From contig NC_068984.1 of assembly GCF_001194135.2 (NCBI RefSeq), positions 83,834,498-83,889,195 of the forward strand: DNA of 54,698 nucleotides, given 5' to 3'. The position numbers and the translations under genes were made by a program. Positions 11,437-25,565 of this stretch are shown here, one piece after another. Origin of the DNA: Octopus bimaculoides (taxonomy: Eukaryota). The notes below the pieces were generated by a model. It was given only the letters and a program-made list of their open reading frames with translations, was not told where the DNA came from and made no database searches. Each line of letters starts with the position of its first letter. Position 1 is the first letter of the stretch.

Positions 11437-14400
11437 AGAAATATTATCTAATAATATGTGTATAATACAAGTTTATAAAATACTTTTCCAAATTTTTGTT
11501 TTCAACTTTTTTTTTTTTACCTGTAATTTTAATCTACCAGTAAGGTGAGTGATAAATTTTCATTAATTATTTCAGTAAACTATTGCATGTATTTACTTAT
11601 ACATGTGTATGAATTTATTTCATTTTTTTTTTTTTTTTTTGTAAAAAATTTTTTTTTTAAAAAGGATTTCGGGCAATTTTACTTTTTTATGGCTTTAGTC
11701 TTATATGTGCCTAATTTCAATTGAAAATTCAATAAGGTACACAATTCGGTTATATTCCCAGCTTGATTTAGGCTAATAGTTCATTTTATATAGTGATATT
11801 TAAACAAAATATAAATAATTTAACATTTTACTGAATTTATCTGTATTTATCTATAATTAAAATAAATTTAAGGCAAATATTACATAATAAATTTTAAGAA
11901 CCATTGTGGTAAAAATAACCCACATTTATAAATCAATCAATAGTTCTACGAAACTAGTCCAAATTCTTTATTTAAGAATTTAATTGAAACAGCATATTTT
12001 AGTAAGAAATAGAGAGAGTTTATTTGTTGCTTTAAAATTTTAATAAAAAACAAATGACATCAGTATCAACCACTTTATACTTACTACTATTGAAACAAGA
12101 CTAAGACTGAGATAAAGATTATAACTATTTCATGTTATGATTAACATTTACTTGGAAACATTATGAAAGCTAATTTCTCTACAGTCTGTGTCACTGGTCA
12201 TAATTTCATAGGAAGCAAATGAACATTAGGAACTAACCACAAGATTGGAGAAGACAACAGGAACATTTAAGCTAAAAAAAACGTCCTTCGTGGGCAACAA
12301 GGGAAACAATTAAAATGTTAAACCAGGGTTGAGCTTCTAAATGCAAAAATCAAAATAGAACTTGCAAATGCTCTCTCTCTCTAACTCCAACTTTTATTCC
12401 ACAACTAAGTAATTTTCCTGCTATCTGCTGGTTTTGTTTAACCAACCAATCTTTGCAGTAACTACAAACATAATCTAGTAGCCACCTGTATTTCACCGAT
12501 ATCCACTTAGTGGATTTTTTTACCCAAATCTAGATAAATAAAATTATATTTGTAAAGTAAATGCAATGATTCTACCACAATATGTTACTGGTACTTATTT
12601 TCTTCTTTTATTCAGCTTCACAGTGACAGAAACTGAAATCATCTTCACCGACATTTGAATTCTGGAACAAGGCCTCACATTTTATACTGTAAAAAATTTA
12701 AGTCAGATCACTACTGCCAATGTCAAGTACATTGTTCACAGAATATTAGTTGGAAAAAAATTTTTTTTTTTTTTTTTCAAAACTTTCTAGTAAACCAGAA
12801 CAAGTATCTCTTGCTTAATTAAAATCCTTTTGATATCAACCTGCTTGAAAGTGCTCGTGCCCATGTCTTTTTGATACAAAATTTTCTGCTTTTAAGTGTT
12901 CATATTGAAATTAAAAATTAAATTCTTTGACTGGTGCCAACATTAACCAAATGCCACAGACTGAATTTCTTTAGAACTATGGTTTAATAAGTTTTTTAAG
13001 TAAGAAAACATTGTAAGCATCAAAAATTCAGCTGAATGTTGTTATAACACTAAACCCAACCTTAATGCAAATTTTAGCAAACTAAAATCATTTCAACAGG
13101 ACATTAACATCTTATGTTACTAGCTATACATTACAATTTACTATCACACTGCTGAAGAATATTTAATCACTTGAAATAGTGTCAACAGACCAAGAGAGAG
13201 AAATAATACAGAAAAATGGTATAATTAAAGTATCTCCTCAATTATCTAGTTCCACAGTCGATGCATTAACCAACAGTCATGCAAAAATTGGGTTTGACTG
13301 CGTTAACTCACGTCTACTTGTCAGACCAACATGAGTTATAAAACTAAGTGGTAGAGAATACATAAAGCATTACTTAGAACCTTACTTTCAATTATGTGTA
13401 CATAGATGTTTGGAAAACACTAAATTTCTAAAATTTGGTGCACACTAGCTTTTGTTTACTAACAGTTTCAGGTGGTTACATTGGCAGCAATAAACCTTGA
13501 TTGATGAATATCACTTCAAGGAATCTTTATTGTTATTATTACATAATAATATCTAAGATATTCTTTGCTGGCATTACTAAATGATTATGTTGTATCTTTT
13601 GTTCTCAACAGTTTAACTTCTGACTTGATTAATTTTCGTCATTAAAGCATCTGACAGACTCAGGCCTCTAGTTTTATTTATCCCGCTTTCTTTCATACAG
13701 TTGTAAGTACTAAGTCTTAGGAAGGGATCAGATAAATATAAAACACACTATAATATCTATATCAGTTTAAACTTTTAGTTATTAGTTTGCCCAAAGTCAG
13801 TTTCTTCTTTACGCTTTTATCATCAGTGATATATTCTTGTTAAACAATACCATTCAGAAATATCAATAGTAAAAAAAAAAAAAAATTTCATGTGCTTTTC
13901 ATTAAGTTCACATCCAGCTTTTACAAACTCACAAATAACTTTTTAGAGACAAGATCTCAAAAATATTATAACTCAAATGAGACATTTGCAACAATAATGT
14001 CAGATCTAAGTTGGTAACAAAAGTATGTCAAAAATTAATATAAAGTAAGTTTCTACACATGTAATGGATGCTTCCATCTTCAGCACACAAGCAGAAACAA
14101 CTGTGGTTCAAAATAAATCTTAATGAGACTTCTTAATATTATCCAAGACCAACTGTTTACTATGAAAGACAAATGTAATCAATAATCAGGCATTTTAGGT
14201 AGAGGGGGTGGGGATAAAGTTCATATACTAAAATATCTTAATTCATAAAGTCAATAGTTTAAGCAATGACAAAATAAAATTATCTATTAAAAGATCATCA
14301 CCAGTAACTTTTGGAGGAAGAGAAGACTTATAATGAAACCTCATTCATTAAATATCAACACAGCAACAAATTTGATACAAACTATGTTGAATCTCTATTT

Positions 14401-17400
14401 AAAGATCAGTTTCCAATCAAATGTTCTTTCTAATATTATAATAAAATACTGTATAAAAAAAAAACATTCTAGTCATACATGAACAAACTTTGTATAAATT
14501 CTATTTGTAAAACAAACAACTGAAACCTTTCATTAAGAAGCTAATACATATCTGTTATATAAAAATGTCTTCTCAAGCCAAACAAAGGATCTCAGCTCTA
14601 GAAGTGCTGGTAATGGTATGAAGAAGGAAATCTTTCTCACAAGAGATGGGTATGTATATTTTCCAGCAGCTGTATGAATAGGAACATAAAAAATGACATA
14701 CAGAGACAACAAAACAGCAGACATGAACTAACATCCCAGAAGTTGGTTGTCAAATACCTTTAAAACACATCTTCCTAGAAAAAACACCCACATCTTTTCT
14801 AAGTCACTTCATGATATCCTAGTTGGCTCATTACTTTAATTTCTCAAAAGAGATTTGCTTCATATATTTTAGCAATCAATCATATGCAACAATGTACTTG
14901 TAATTTACTGTGTCAATATAACAGTACCAAATATTCCTATTCTAGCCTTTGATCAACTTAACTACCACTGTTGTTTTACCTGATTTAATATCTCATCTTA
15001 GGAATAAGCTTTTTTCCCAGTGGTAAATTAACATTTTGCAACTTATATATCTTAGTGGGGAAAAAATAGATAAAATGAATCTACAATAGAATGTGTTTAC
15101 CTCTATACCTAATCACATAACATATTATTCAAGTGAAAGCTTCAACAGAAAATCTTAACTTAAATATAGTACATAAATAAAATTATTTTCTAGTTTGTGT
15201 GAAAAAATGCTTTCTAACATAGGAACAAGGTTGCAAATTGAATGGTACTTATTCTATTGACCTCAAAAGGCTAAAAGGCAGAGTCAATCCCAACAGATTG
15301 GAACTCAATATAAAATAACATAACTAAATATCACAAGGCATTTTGTCCATTTTACCAATTCTGTTGTTTCTCAAGTCAGCATCAATTGACTAGACCTATA
15401 GTATATCATACTTTTTTATTTCAGCATAGTGCATATAAGACTACACTAACCTTCATCTGTCTAAGATTATAAGATGTGATTGGCAAGAAATTTGGCTGCT
15501 ATTTGCAGAAGGTTGAATGACTATATATATTCATTTATACTAGTTTAATAAACATGAGGCCTGCTTTGTAAACCAATCAACAGTATTTATTCCAGAGAAT
15601 TTCTAATAATATCAACTTGTAAACTAAAAGAGCAAATCAAAATATCAAAAAAAAGGCAAGCGTAAATTTTCCTCTAAAACATGTACAAATTCAAAGATAG
15701 TATTAAGTTACTAGCAAATGCAAACAGATATGTTCACAAATTCCAGTTGATTGGGCTTACACCTAATGATTAAAACTAAACAGTATTATAACTATTTACT
15801 ACTTTATGCTTTACAATGGTTAAATTGTCACAAAATATTTATGAAGAGTGCTGAGTTTTGAACCTCATATTACTACTACAAGCCAATGAAGGAGCTTCTA
15901 TGTGATCACTCAACCTGCCAGAAACAGCAATCAAATCCTCTTCATTACACCTCAATATCTTAAAAGGTACATATACATTGGATAAAATAACTCTAGATAC
16001 ACTATGCCTGAGAAAAATGAGATGGTCATAGCTGCATTGCCATTTGATCATAGATCTGATTTATCAGTGCCTAAGTTTTTGAGGGAACTTAGTTTTCTAT
16101 CTTTCAGGAGTAAAGAAACTAGTAGTAATAATGTAGTGTAGTGAAGATAGGGACCTAATTAGAAATATGAATGATTCCTTACACAAGTATGAAGTCAATG
16201 TGAGAAGAGACATTGGAAAATATGACACTTATCTCAATCCAAAGAACTTTGAAGAAGCAGTTCTTTGACAGGGAATCAAATCTGTATTGTGAGAGCAATT
16301 CACTGATACCTTTTTATGGGCTTAATCATAGGAGGAAGGGCGGTGCTCATTACCTTTCTTATAGGGCCTCTGAGACAAAAGAGAAGCAAAGAAGTTATCA
16401 TCTGACTCGAAACTTGGCTTGAATGTTTGCAACAAAATGGATTACACTAAAGGCAGATGGTGGTGTTTAAAGAGAGAATGGATTGGTCCTACTATCCTAG
16501 AACAGAAACAGTGCCTCTGACAGATTTCCACAACATTTGCATCTACCAAATTTTACATGGCTTTGGTCAACCTGAGGATAATTATGATGTTCTACACAGT
16601 TGGATCAAACTAGGAGCTGCAAAGTGAACTACCAACCACACACTTGTGCCTGTGTCCATGTTGTCCATAATAGAAATCAACATGTTTATTTCCAACAGCT
16701 AATGAGCACCTAAGATTAAAGTGCTTTGCCTAGAAACAGAATACTTGCAGTAGACTTGAAGTCATGATCCATGAACAGGTGGGTTAATATTTTATCCACT
16801 CATCTGCATTGCTTCTGCATTACATTAAGAACCAAAATTAATTTAGGGACAGCCTATTTGTTCACAAGAAGTCCTAAAAATTGTGAACAAAAATCATTAA
16901 AGAAGATTTACAAAGGATGGGATAACATGGGGTAAATAAATGGTTAAGAAAGGACAAGCTGATAAGTCCTAAAAGCAAAATAAAAGCTAAACAAACATTT
17001 ATTATATTTTAGTATATATAGTATGTATTCATACAGTATATAGCATTTTCTGAAGGTTTGATGAAGAATTTGACAGAACCAGTATCTTCAAACAATTGAA
17101 AACAAATCTCTTATAACTTGCTAATACAAAGAAGTACCTAACATAGAACATATACAATTACACAAGCAAATGAAAGCTACAAGTTTAGGAACAAAAAGTA
17201 CATGAAATTTGATGTTTTAAGGGTGGTTGTTTTTTTAACAATAGGTATGGAGTATGTGCAATAGTAAAATAGTTTCTGTATAATCCAGATTCACTTGTCT
17301 TCATGATATATCAAAAATGTGAAGGTTTCTTGTTACAGACTGTATACACTAAGATTCTGATAATTCCAAATTTTCCTACTGCTAACTTATAAACTAATAT

Positions 17401-17806
17401 TCTTCACAGAAAACTAATATACCTAGATACTGACATAAAATGGAATGTTCAACAGATTTTCAACAGAAAACATTTTGTAAACAGGAATGAAACAAGTGTA
17501 TCCAAATTAAAAGGAAGTTCAACCAAACAGCCTGTTTAGAATATGCTTTATAGAAAAGACAATCCACTGTATTTGATATCCTACTCTAAGTACTATTTTT
17601 CCATACATATTTGAATGTCTGCAATGAATTACTATTAATACAAATATAATTTGTAAGACTTTTAACTTCATCTTTAAAAATAAAACTTCCTTTTTTAATA
17701 TCAGTACTTCATTTCAATTGAGTTGATCTCCCATCATCATCAAATATCTTATTCCTGGAAGTGTGTGTTCGCAACATAGTGGATAAGAGCATTATTACTC
17801 ATAGTG

Positions 17807-18653
17807 TACATGAGGTGGTATGAAAAGGTTCCCAGACTAGTTATGTTTAACAAAAAATAATTTAGTTACCTAAGTTTTAACATCATCTTCATAATAGTCA
17901 CCCTGCAGAGCAATACACTGGTCCCAGCGTTCCTACCACTTTTGAAATCCTGCCTCAAAGTCATTTTCCATAAATGAGTCACAAACCTTCTGTGATTCAC
18001 TCTGGATCTCGACAAGTGTTAAAACAGCAACATCTGAGCTGCATTTTCATCTTGGGGAGGAGATGGAAGTCCACAGGTGCAAAATCTGGCAAACAGGGCA
18101 GGTGTAGAAGCAATACCATGTTGTTTTTGGTGAGAAATACATGAGTGAAAAGAGCTTGGTGAAGAACCCAATACTTCGCACTCCACAGATCCGGTCACTT
18201 ACGCCAAATATCCTCCCTCAAACACTTCCAATATGTCACAGTAGAACTCTCGATTGATGGTCTGGCCCTGGTGGACAAATTCTCGATGACAATACTACAT
18301 TTCAGGGGGATGACACTTTTGTCAGGTCTTCCAGACCGCTCATCGTCTTCTCGCTTTTGAAGGGCCTATGCCATTGAAACATTACATAAGACCCATTGCC
18401 TTGTCGCCATAAGCTTGCAAAAGCATGCTCAATGTCTCTGTAGAAGATTCCCCAAGTTTAACACACAATTTCATGTTGGCTCTTTGTTCCTGTCCATGAC
18501 AAAATCACACACTACAACATACACAAAAACACAAATTTCACAACTTGCAAAGTAAACACAGCAATGTCACTCAGCACACTGTCTCATGAAGGTCACTGCT
18601 AGCTCTCACTGTGTTACAGAGCTAGTCTGGGAACTTTTTGGTACAACCTCATA
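17807..18653 (-). mobile_element. Internally deleted mariner element with both TIRs
   Basis: Left end atgaggtggtatgaaaaggttcccagactag pairs with right end ctagtctgggaactttttggtacaacctcat. The minus strand encodes an N-terminal remnant (ANMKLCVKLGESSTETLSMLLQAYGDKAM...EDDERSGRP) joined to C-terminal fragments. Confidence 0.9.
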
Positions 18654-18788
18654 TTAGAAATAAAGATTCCTACTTCAAACCCGATTCAGAGAACGAACTG
18701 ATTTAAACAGAGTAGATGTAAATGTGAATATGTGAATATTAAAAGAGATTACATGTTCAAAAAATTATAATCATACATAAACCAAGAG

Positions 18789-20646
18789 TTAAACCTCTTG
18801 GGACACCTGGGCTGATTGATCAGCCCAAGTGATATAAGCTGAAAGGACTTTGAAGTCAATCCATCAACCCAATGAAATAAATGGTTGGTTTTGAAATGTA
18901 ATAGACAGTCAGAGATCATCTTTCAGTAGATGTATTTCCTGTTGTGCAATATTGACAAAGTTGCCATTTTTGCCCCAAAGCATTTAGTGAGTTTCTGTTC
19001 ATTTTTACCTATAAGTACCCACTGCAAAGATGAGCAATTCTGATGAAAGTTATGAGGCAAGTAGTGAGTTTGATACAAATGATTCTGGTGAGTTTGAAAA
19101 AGGCACAGATGAGAATATTGAAGAATCTGTGAAAAGTGAAACAATGTGAAGAAGAGAGTTATTCTGGACCGATGCCGTGGTTCAGTATCCGTGATACTGA
19201 ACTGGATTCATGATGATCCCTACTAGTTTGAGTCCACTGGACCAAAAAACATGCCACCAAAAGAAAGTGCTCCTGTTGCAGATTTCCTGCTGTTTTTGAC
19301 AGACTCATTGACAAAACTTTTCTTGACAAAGACAAACTGTTATGCAAGACAGTTTCTGGCCAAAACCAGACTGAAACTTACATCAATCACCAGGAAATGG
19401 ACCCCAACATCAGGTGCAGAGATAAAGGCACTCATTACTGCAATTCTCAATGTGGGGCTACTGAGAAAACCAACCATCAAACCCTATTGGTCTCATTTGA
19501 CATCACAAACTACACCCTGATTCAACCAGCTGATGACCAGATGCAGGTTTGAACTTGTGTTGAAATTTTTTCACATGGTGGATAATAGGAATAAACCAGG
19601 TCCTCAAGACGTGAACTATGATCTTTGTACAGAGTTTTCTCCAATCATTGACCATGCAAATAGGATGTTTCGTCACCACTATTCACAACAGAGAAGTATG
19701 TGTTGAAGAAAATTTGACAGGGACAAAGAACAGAACTCAGCTGATGGAGTATTTGCCCAACAAGCATCACCACAAATGGGACATCAAGTTGTGAATGTTG
19801 AGTGACTGTTTCAGCTTATCTACTGGGCTTTGTCTACAGAGGTAAGCAAGACAGAAAATGAAACAGGTCTGTCCCATCATGTTGTTACGGAGCTGCTGAG
19901 GTTTGGGAACTATCTTGACAAAGGATATCCTGTTTTTGTGGACAGTTTTTTACCAGAATGCCCTTAGTCCATGAACTGACTGGAAACAGCAACCACATCA
20001 CGAGAACAGTTCAGAAAAACAGAAAGGAGCTTTCAAAAGACCTAAAAGTACAGCTAAAACCAGGCGAGAGTCTTAACTTCAGAGTGGAACAAATCTTGGT
20101 CACAACATTCCACGAGAAGTCCCCCCCCCAAAAAAAAAATGCTGTGCTGTTGCACTCTACCAAGGAGAAAGTTGAGAGTCAGCAGGTGGAAGTGAGAAGA
20201 CGAGGCCAAACCTGTGGATTTGCAGTACATGCTGGCAACCTCTTTTCTGTGCTTGCATACAAGTACATGGGAGGGGTAGACCATGTCGACATGTTGCTGT
20301 ATAGCTATCTAGACAAGAGAAGGACACTAAAATACTGGAAAAAAATAACTTTCAACATTCTCTCCAGAATACTGAACTCATATATACTTTACAAGGAACA
20401 CACATCAGACTGACATGTCATACCTTGATACAGGTTTTGTGTTTTAGTTGTTATGGCCTTGATCAAGGATTACATGGACCCTCTGAGGAGACTAGAGGCA
20501 TGGTCACCATCCCTCAAGACAAAGAAAAAGATTGTTGTGTCTGTAGTGACATGAGAATGCCTGGGGGATGAAAAAGGTCCAGGACCATGTGTCAGAAGTG
20601 TAAAAAAGGCCTTCGTGGACCATGTTTCTCCAAACACAAGTGCTAG
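18789..20646 (+). mobile_element. piggyBac (PGBD4-like) element with fragmented transposase
   Basis: ORFs 19251-19520 (TNCYARQF...EIKALI...GLLRKPTIKPYWS) and 19958-20413 (YKYMGGVDHVDMLL...YWKKITF); FVDSFFT catalytic region; C-terminal CCVC...CQKCKKGLRGPCFSKHKC* ending at 20646. TTAA at 18789 is followed by a subterminal palindrome (gggctgattgatcagccc). Right end uncertain. Confidence 0.92.
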
Positions 20647-22044
20647 CTGTCATACAGTTAAATATTTTTGCATAAAAACTTTGTGTGATTTAGTATAGCT
20701 TTAGTTTTACTTATGTGTGTGTGTGTGTGTTTGTTTTTTCACAAATATTTATGCTTATTATTTTATTTATAATAAAGCATTAAGCAAGGTTTATCAGTAT
20801 ATATCACCTATGTTCATAAGTCTATGAGAACTCCCAGGTAGATACTTGACCTGTTCATGTAACAGCAACATTTCCCTCTACAAATTACCATATGGTTTAT
20901 GTTCTCTAAACCACAGAGCATCATACTTATGCTAAAAGTAGGGCTTCTACAGTCAATCAATTGACTACCTCTATAGTTCTGCTTCAACAAATTACTTTTC
21001 ACAACATTAATTTAACTTATATAATTTCTTTCAGTTGACAATTATTGACAAATAATCAAATATGATAACTAAGAAAGGAACAAGACCACAAACTAAGGAG
21101 GGGGGATACAGTTGATTAGATCAAGCTCAGTACTTGGCTCTTACTCGTTTATAAACCCTAGAAAGACAATTAGTAAAATATAAATCATGAAAAGAGCCTT
21201 TTATTAATTTATAAAACTGATAAAAGATAAATATCAATATTATGATTAACAAAGGTCAGAACATGATTAAAAGTGCTCCAGCATTGACCATATCATCATT
21301 GTTTAACATCCATCTTTCATGCATGTATGGGTAGGATAGTTGACAGGAGTTGACCAAGTAGAAAAACTACCCTAGGCTACAGTGTCTGTTTTGGCAGGGA
21401 TTTTACAGCTGGATGCCCTTCTTAACACCAACCACTCCACAGAGTGGACTTTGGTATATCAGGATCCATATGGTCTGAGGTGTTTTTTATTTAAGATAGG
21501 TGAGATTTGAAGGAGATTTGGTTATTTCTACTTGGTTGAGTATCCACGCAGAATCTCTATTGGCTTGCAATATTAGATTACTTTATTAAATACAGGGCTA
21601 GAAATTTATAGAAGGAAATGAAACTGATGTTTGTCTTTTGCACAAGCAGCAGCAGCTTAAGTAGCTTCAACTAGGAATAGAAAATGGTTTTTAGACCCTT
21701 TTCTAGAGGCTTGCTTCTTGCTCTAGATTGTTCTCCCATTGAATAACAGATAAAAAATATATATATATCACAGTTAATCACACAAATATAACAAAGAATC
21801 ACACAAATAAGTAAAATTGGTTATATGTGCAAGAACAAGAAATTCAGTTATGAATGCGGACAATATATTGGACATTATAATTTTCTGGGTGATTAACTTC
21901 ATCTATAGTGTGTATATTTGTAGCATCTACACTAGACTTTGATAAATCTGATCCATAATCATAAATAAGGTATGTTCTTGGATTTGAAGAATCCAAAGGC
22001 TACATTCAAACTAGAAACCTTTTTTAACTGAACTATGGATATGG

Positions 22045-22077
<33 letters not shown>

Positions 22078-22080
22078 TAT

Positions 22081-22601
22081 CAAACCAAATTCGACGACTG
22101 GCACCCATGCCAACCTTTCCTTCATTGGACACTAAACTCTGCTTGCGAAGACCTGTTGGGGCAAGTGAAATCGAAATTGTAATTGAACCAAATTCGATGA
22201 CTGGCACCCATGCCTGTGGAGCGCTAACAGCACCGTGCAAGTGACACATAAATAGCACCATTTGAGCATGATCATTATCAGCGTCGCCTTACTGGCACGT
22301 GAAAAAACATTTGAGTGAGGTCATTGCCAGTGCCGTGGGACTAGCTCCTGTGCAGGTGGCACGTAAAAAACAGCATTTGAGCGTAGCCATTGCCAGTATC
22401 GCCTGATTTCCCCTCGTGCCGGTAGCATGTAAAAGCACCCACTACACTCACGGAGTGGTTGGCGTTAGGAAGGGCATCCAGCTGTAGAAACTCTGCTAGA
22501 CGAGATTGGAGCCTGGTGCAGCCATCTGGTTCGCCAGTCCTCAGTCAAATCATCCAACCCATGCTAGCATGGAAAGCAGACATTAAACGATGATGATGAT
22601 G

Positions 22602-22603
<2 letters not shown>
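22081..22603 (+). mobile_element. SINE-like repeat family A (gttggcgttaggaagggcatccagctgtagaaac core, (GAT)n tail)
   Basis: Same core recurs at 38580-38790, 43727-44002, 45470-45645, 46567-46990 and 50687-50907; ends in gacattaaacgatgatgat. Confidence 0.85.
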
Positions 22604-22657
<54 letters not shown>

Positions 22658-25149
22658 TAAGACCTTGCTTGGAAACAGGTAAAGGTTGGCGACAGGAAGG
22701 ACATCCAACCATAAAAAATCTACCTCAACGAATTCTAACTACCACATACGCATATATATATATATATACACGCGCGCAAGTGTGTAAGCACGTGAGTGCA
22801 TTTTGTTTTGACATCATACAATAGCTCTAAAAAAGCCAAGCCATTTATTTCTGATCTGTATAAACATGTTCACCATAAGGAAATATTACCTTGCTTGGAA
22901 ATAGGTGAGCGTTGGCAAGAGGGAGGACATCAAGACATGCAATATCTGCCTCAATCAATTCTGTTTGACCCATGTAAGCAGGGAAAAGTGGATATTAAAA
23001 CAAAATGAAAAATTTTGTTCTTTTCCTTTATCACACTGTCATTTGGAATATGTCTCATCCAAAAGTATACAATAAAAACAAAATTGCAAATACAGTAAAT
23101 TTATTGTATCATTGATATTTTTTTTTTTTATCAGATGCCAGAGGGCCTTGTATGTCAATATCTAGGGAATTGAGACTTTTAGCAGTAACCTATAAAATAA
23201 AAGTATATTTCTTTAAAAAAAAATTAGCTAGCACTGCCAGAGAATGAGTTATATAATGTTGTATGCTATCAAGGAGAAAGGTGTTTAGTAATCATAATAT
23301 TATACTGCAAACTGAAAATTATGAGAATCTTCAAAACTAATTTTAACCTTTCTTTAATATTGTTGGCTCTAGGACTACATTTTATTGAATCAACTAACTT
23401 TATAAGAAAACTACCAAGAAACAAGACAAATTAAATGTAAGAGAAACACTAGATATGCAACTCTGAGTTTGAAAACAAGTTGTTTATAAATTGTTGATGA
23501 AACTATAGAAATGAATAGATTTTCACACAAAACATTTTTCATACCAACTGCATAAAATTGGGTCTGAGAAAAATATGCAAGCTCTGGTTTAAAATCTCAG
23601 AAAACTGCAAATATGAACTTGGCACAAAGTTAACTCATTAAAAAAAAAGATGACATTGATATATCCTACCAAGTTATTTGGGGGTAAGGTAAATCAAAGG
23701 AATTGATTTCTTGCAAAACTGAACAAAAATTCAAGTATTAAGTTACAGCTAACATTGCTGTGTTCATAGAGAAAAACTTTTGGAAAATCAAGAGAATAGT
23801 TAAGGAAATTTGATAATATATAATTGCTACATTCGTGCCCTTCACAGTTGAAAAATATGCATAACTCTCTTTTACTGAACAGAAATATAGTTATGATACC
23901 TGCTTTTCAGCTACTATTGGAAGAAGTAACATGGTATGGTTTCAGGCCATGACCTAAATTGACAGCAGTTCCAACTTTAATATCACAACCATAGTACCTC
24001 ATTACAGTAAAACAATCAGTCTCTCTTCATTCCTTAGCAACAATCAAAGTGCTAGTCAACACTACTTGTTCAGACTGAATAACATTTATTGAAGTTAAAT
24101 GGATCTTAAGATTTACTGATCTCTTCTGACAAGACAAAAGTACCAAGAAGGCTTAAGCCTTACTTCAAATAGATCTGAAACATAAAGGAAGTGATACAAT
24201 GTCAAAAAGAAACTGAAACTGGATTCTTATGTACCAGTTGCTTACCATTATTAATCAACAGTTCTGATCTAAGTTATCTTTTTCCTTTTACTAGGAACAA
24301 AGCAAAATTTGCAAGAGGGGAACATTGTTTATATAATCAATACATCTTTATACATTTTGAAAAGATGAGAAAGTAAAGTTGATCCAAGCAGAATCTAAAT
24401 TCAGAACAGTTGAGTTCAGCACTGAATAGCATTAATATCTGCTATTTACTAACATGAATGCCACTATAGCCCTCCCTGTCAGTTCAGATTATAATATCAA
24501 TCCTTGATTTAGTTTCACTCAATAAAAATAGGCTTTCTCAGGATGTGATATAGAAAGAAATATAAAAGATTTATGGGAATATGTTGAATAAAACTAAGAT
24601 TATAGGTCTATGTGTGTATGTTATTGATAATCAATGAGAAAACTATTGAAGATGAGTTCAACCAAAATTCACAAAACCCAACAGAAATTACAAAATTTGA
24701 GTATGTTAGGTACAGAAACATTTGTCTGGAGCAAGTGCTGCTCTAAACATCAATGCAACTTATAGAACAGGACATAAATCCTATTATTTTCAAATGGCAA
24801 TACATTGAAAAATGACAATCACAATAGAATAAACTGAATAATTTGAAGTAATAAAAATGTGAAACATTAAGTGATATCACCATATTTAGACAGATCTAGA
24901 ACTTAGTGCTTTTACCATATATTAGCAGAGCAAAATGAACCTGCTTACTTTCAATCATTCTATTTATTTATTTATGTGTTTCAGCCAAGTGGCTGCGGTC
25001 ATGTTCGTATTTTAATATCAATTTAAGAAGCAGGCAAAAATTATTTATTAAAACTCTAGAAAATGTTTAAACTTTCAACTTCAAATAAACTGAAACCTTT
25101 GAGTTATCTAAAGATTCATTCTCTGAGAAAACACATTAGTAACAAATTC

Positions 25150-25351
25150 TTTTATTCGTTTGTCATTTGACTGCGGCCATGCTGGAGCATTGCTTTTAGT
25201 CAAGCAAATCGACCCCAGGATTTATTCTTTGCAAGCCTAGTACTTGTTCTATCTGTCTCTTTTGCCGAACCGCTAAGTTACGGGGACATAAACAGACCAG
25301 CATCGGTTGTCAAGCGATGTTGGGTGGACAAACAGACACACAAACATATAC

Positions 25352-25404
<53 letters not shown>

Positions 25405-25565
25405 CGACGGGCTTCTTTCAGCTTCCATCTACCAAATCCACTCACAAGGCTTTGGTCGGCCTGAGGCTGTAGTAGAAGGCACTTACCCACTGTGCCACAC
25501 AGTGGGACTGAACCCAGAACCATGTGGTTGGTAGCAAGCTACTTACCACACAGCTACTCCTGCGT
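25150..25565 (-). mobile_element. Near full-length tRNA-derived SINE (family B) with internal (TA)n/(TG)n microsatellite
   Basis: On the minus strand: A-box-like TAGCTGTGTGGT (25545-25556), B-box-like GGGTTCAGTCCC (25504-25515), central domain, microsatellite and GAATAAAA tail. A related copy lies at 42040-42310. Confidence 0.85.

Noticed and set aside
11505-11552. Plus-strand poly-T...CAG-TAAG|GTGAGT as a microexon or recursive splice site
   Set aside because: Non-consensus AAG junction and no independent evidence for plus-strand transcription here.
13281-13290. Sm-site-like AATTTTTG (snRNA or SL RNA)
   Set aside because: It lies within a hairpin loop, has no U-snRNA or SL context, and is common by chance in AT-rich DNA.
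20795-20845. Right TIR of the piggyBac at 18789
   Set aside because: Only short patches (tatatcac, cccaggt) match the left end and there is no terminal TTAA.
25490-25565. tRNA gene
   Set aside because: A/B boxes are present but there is no cloverleaf, and it is fused to a SINE body; it is a SINE head.
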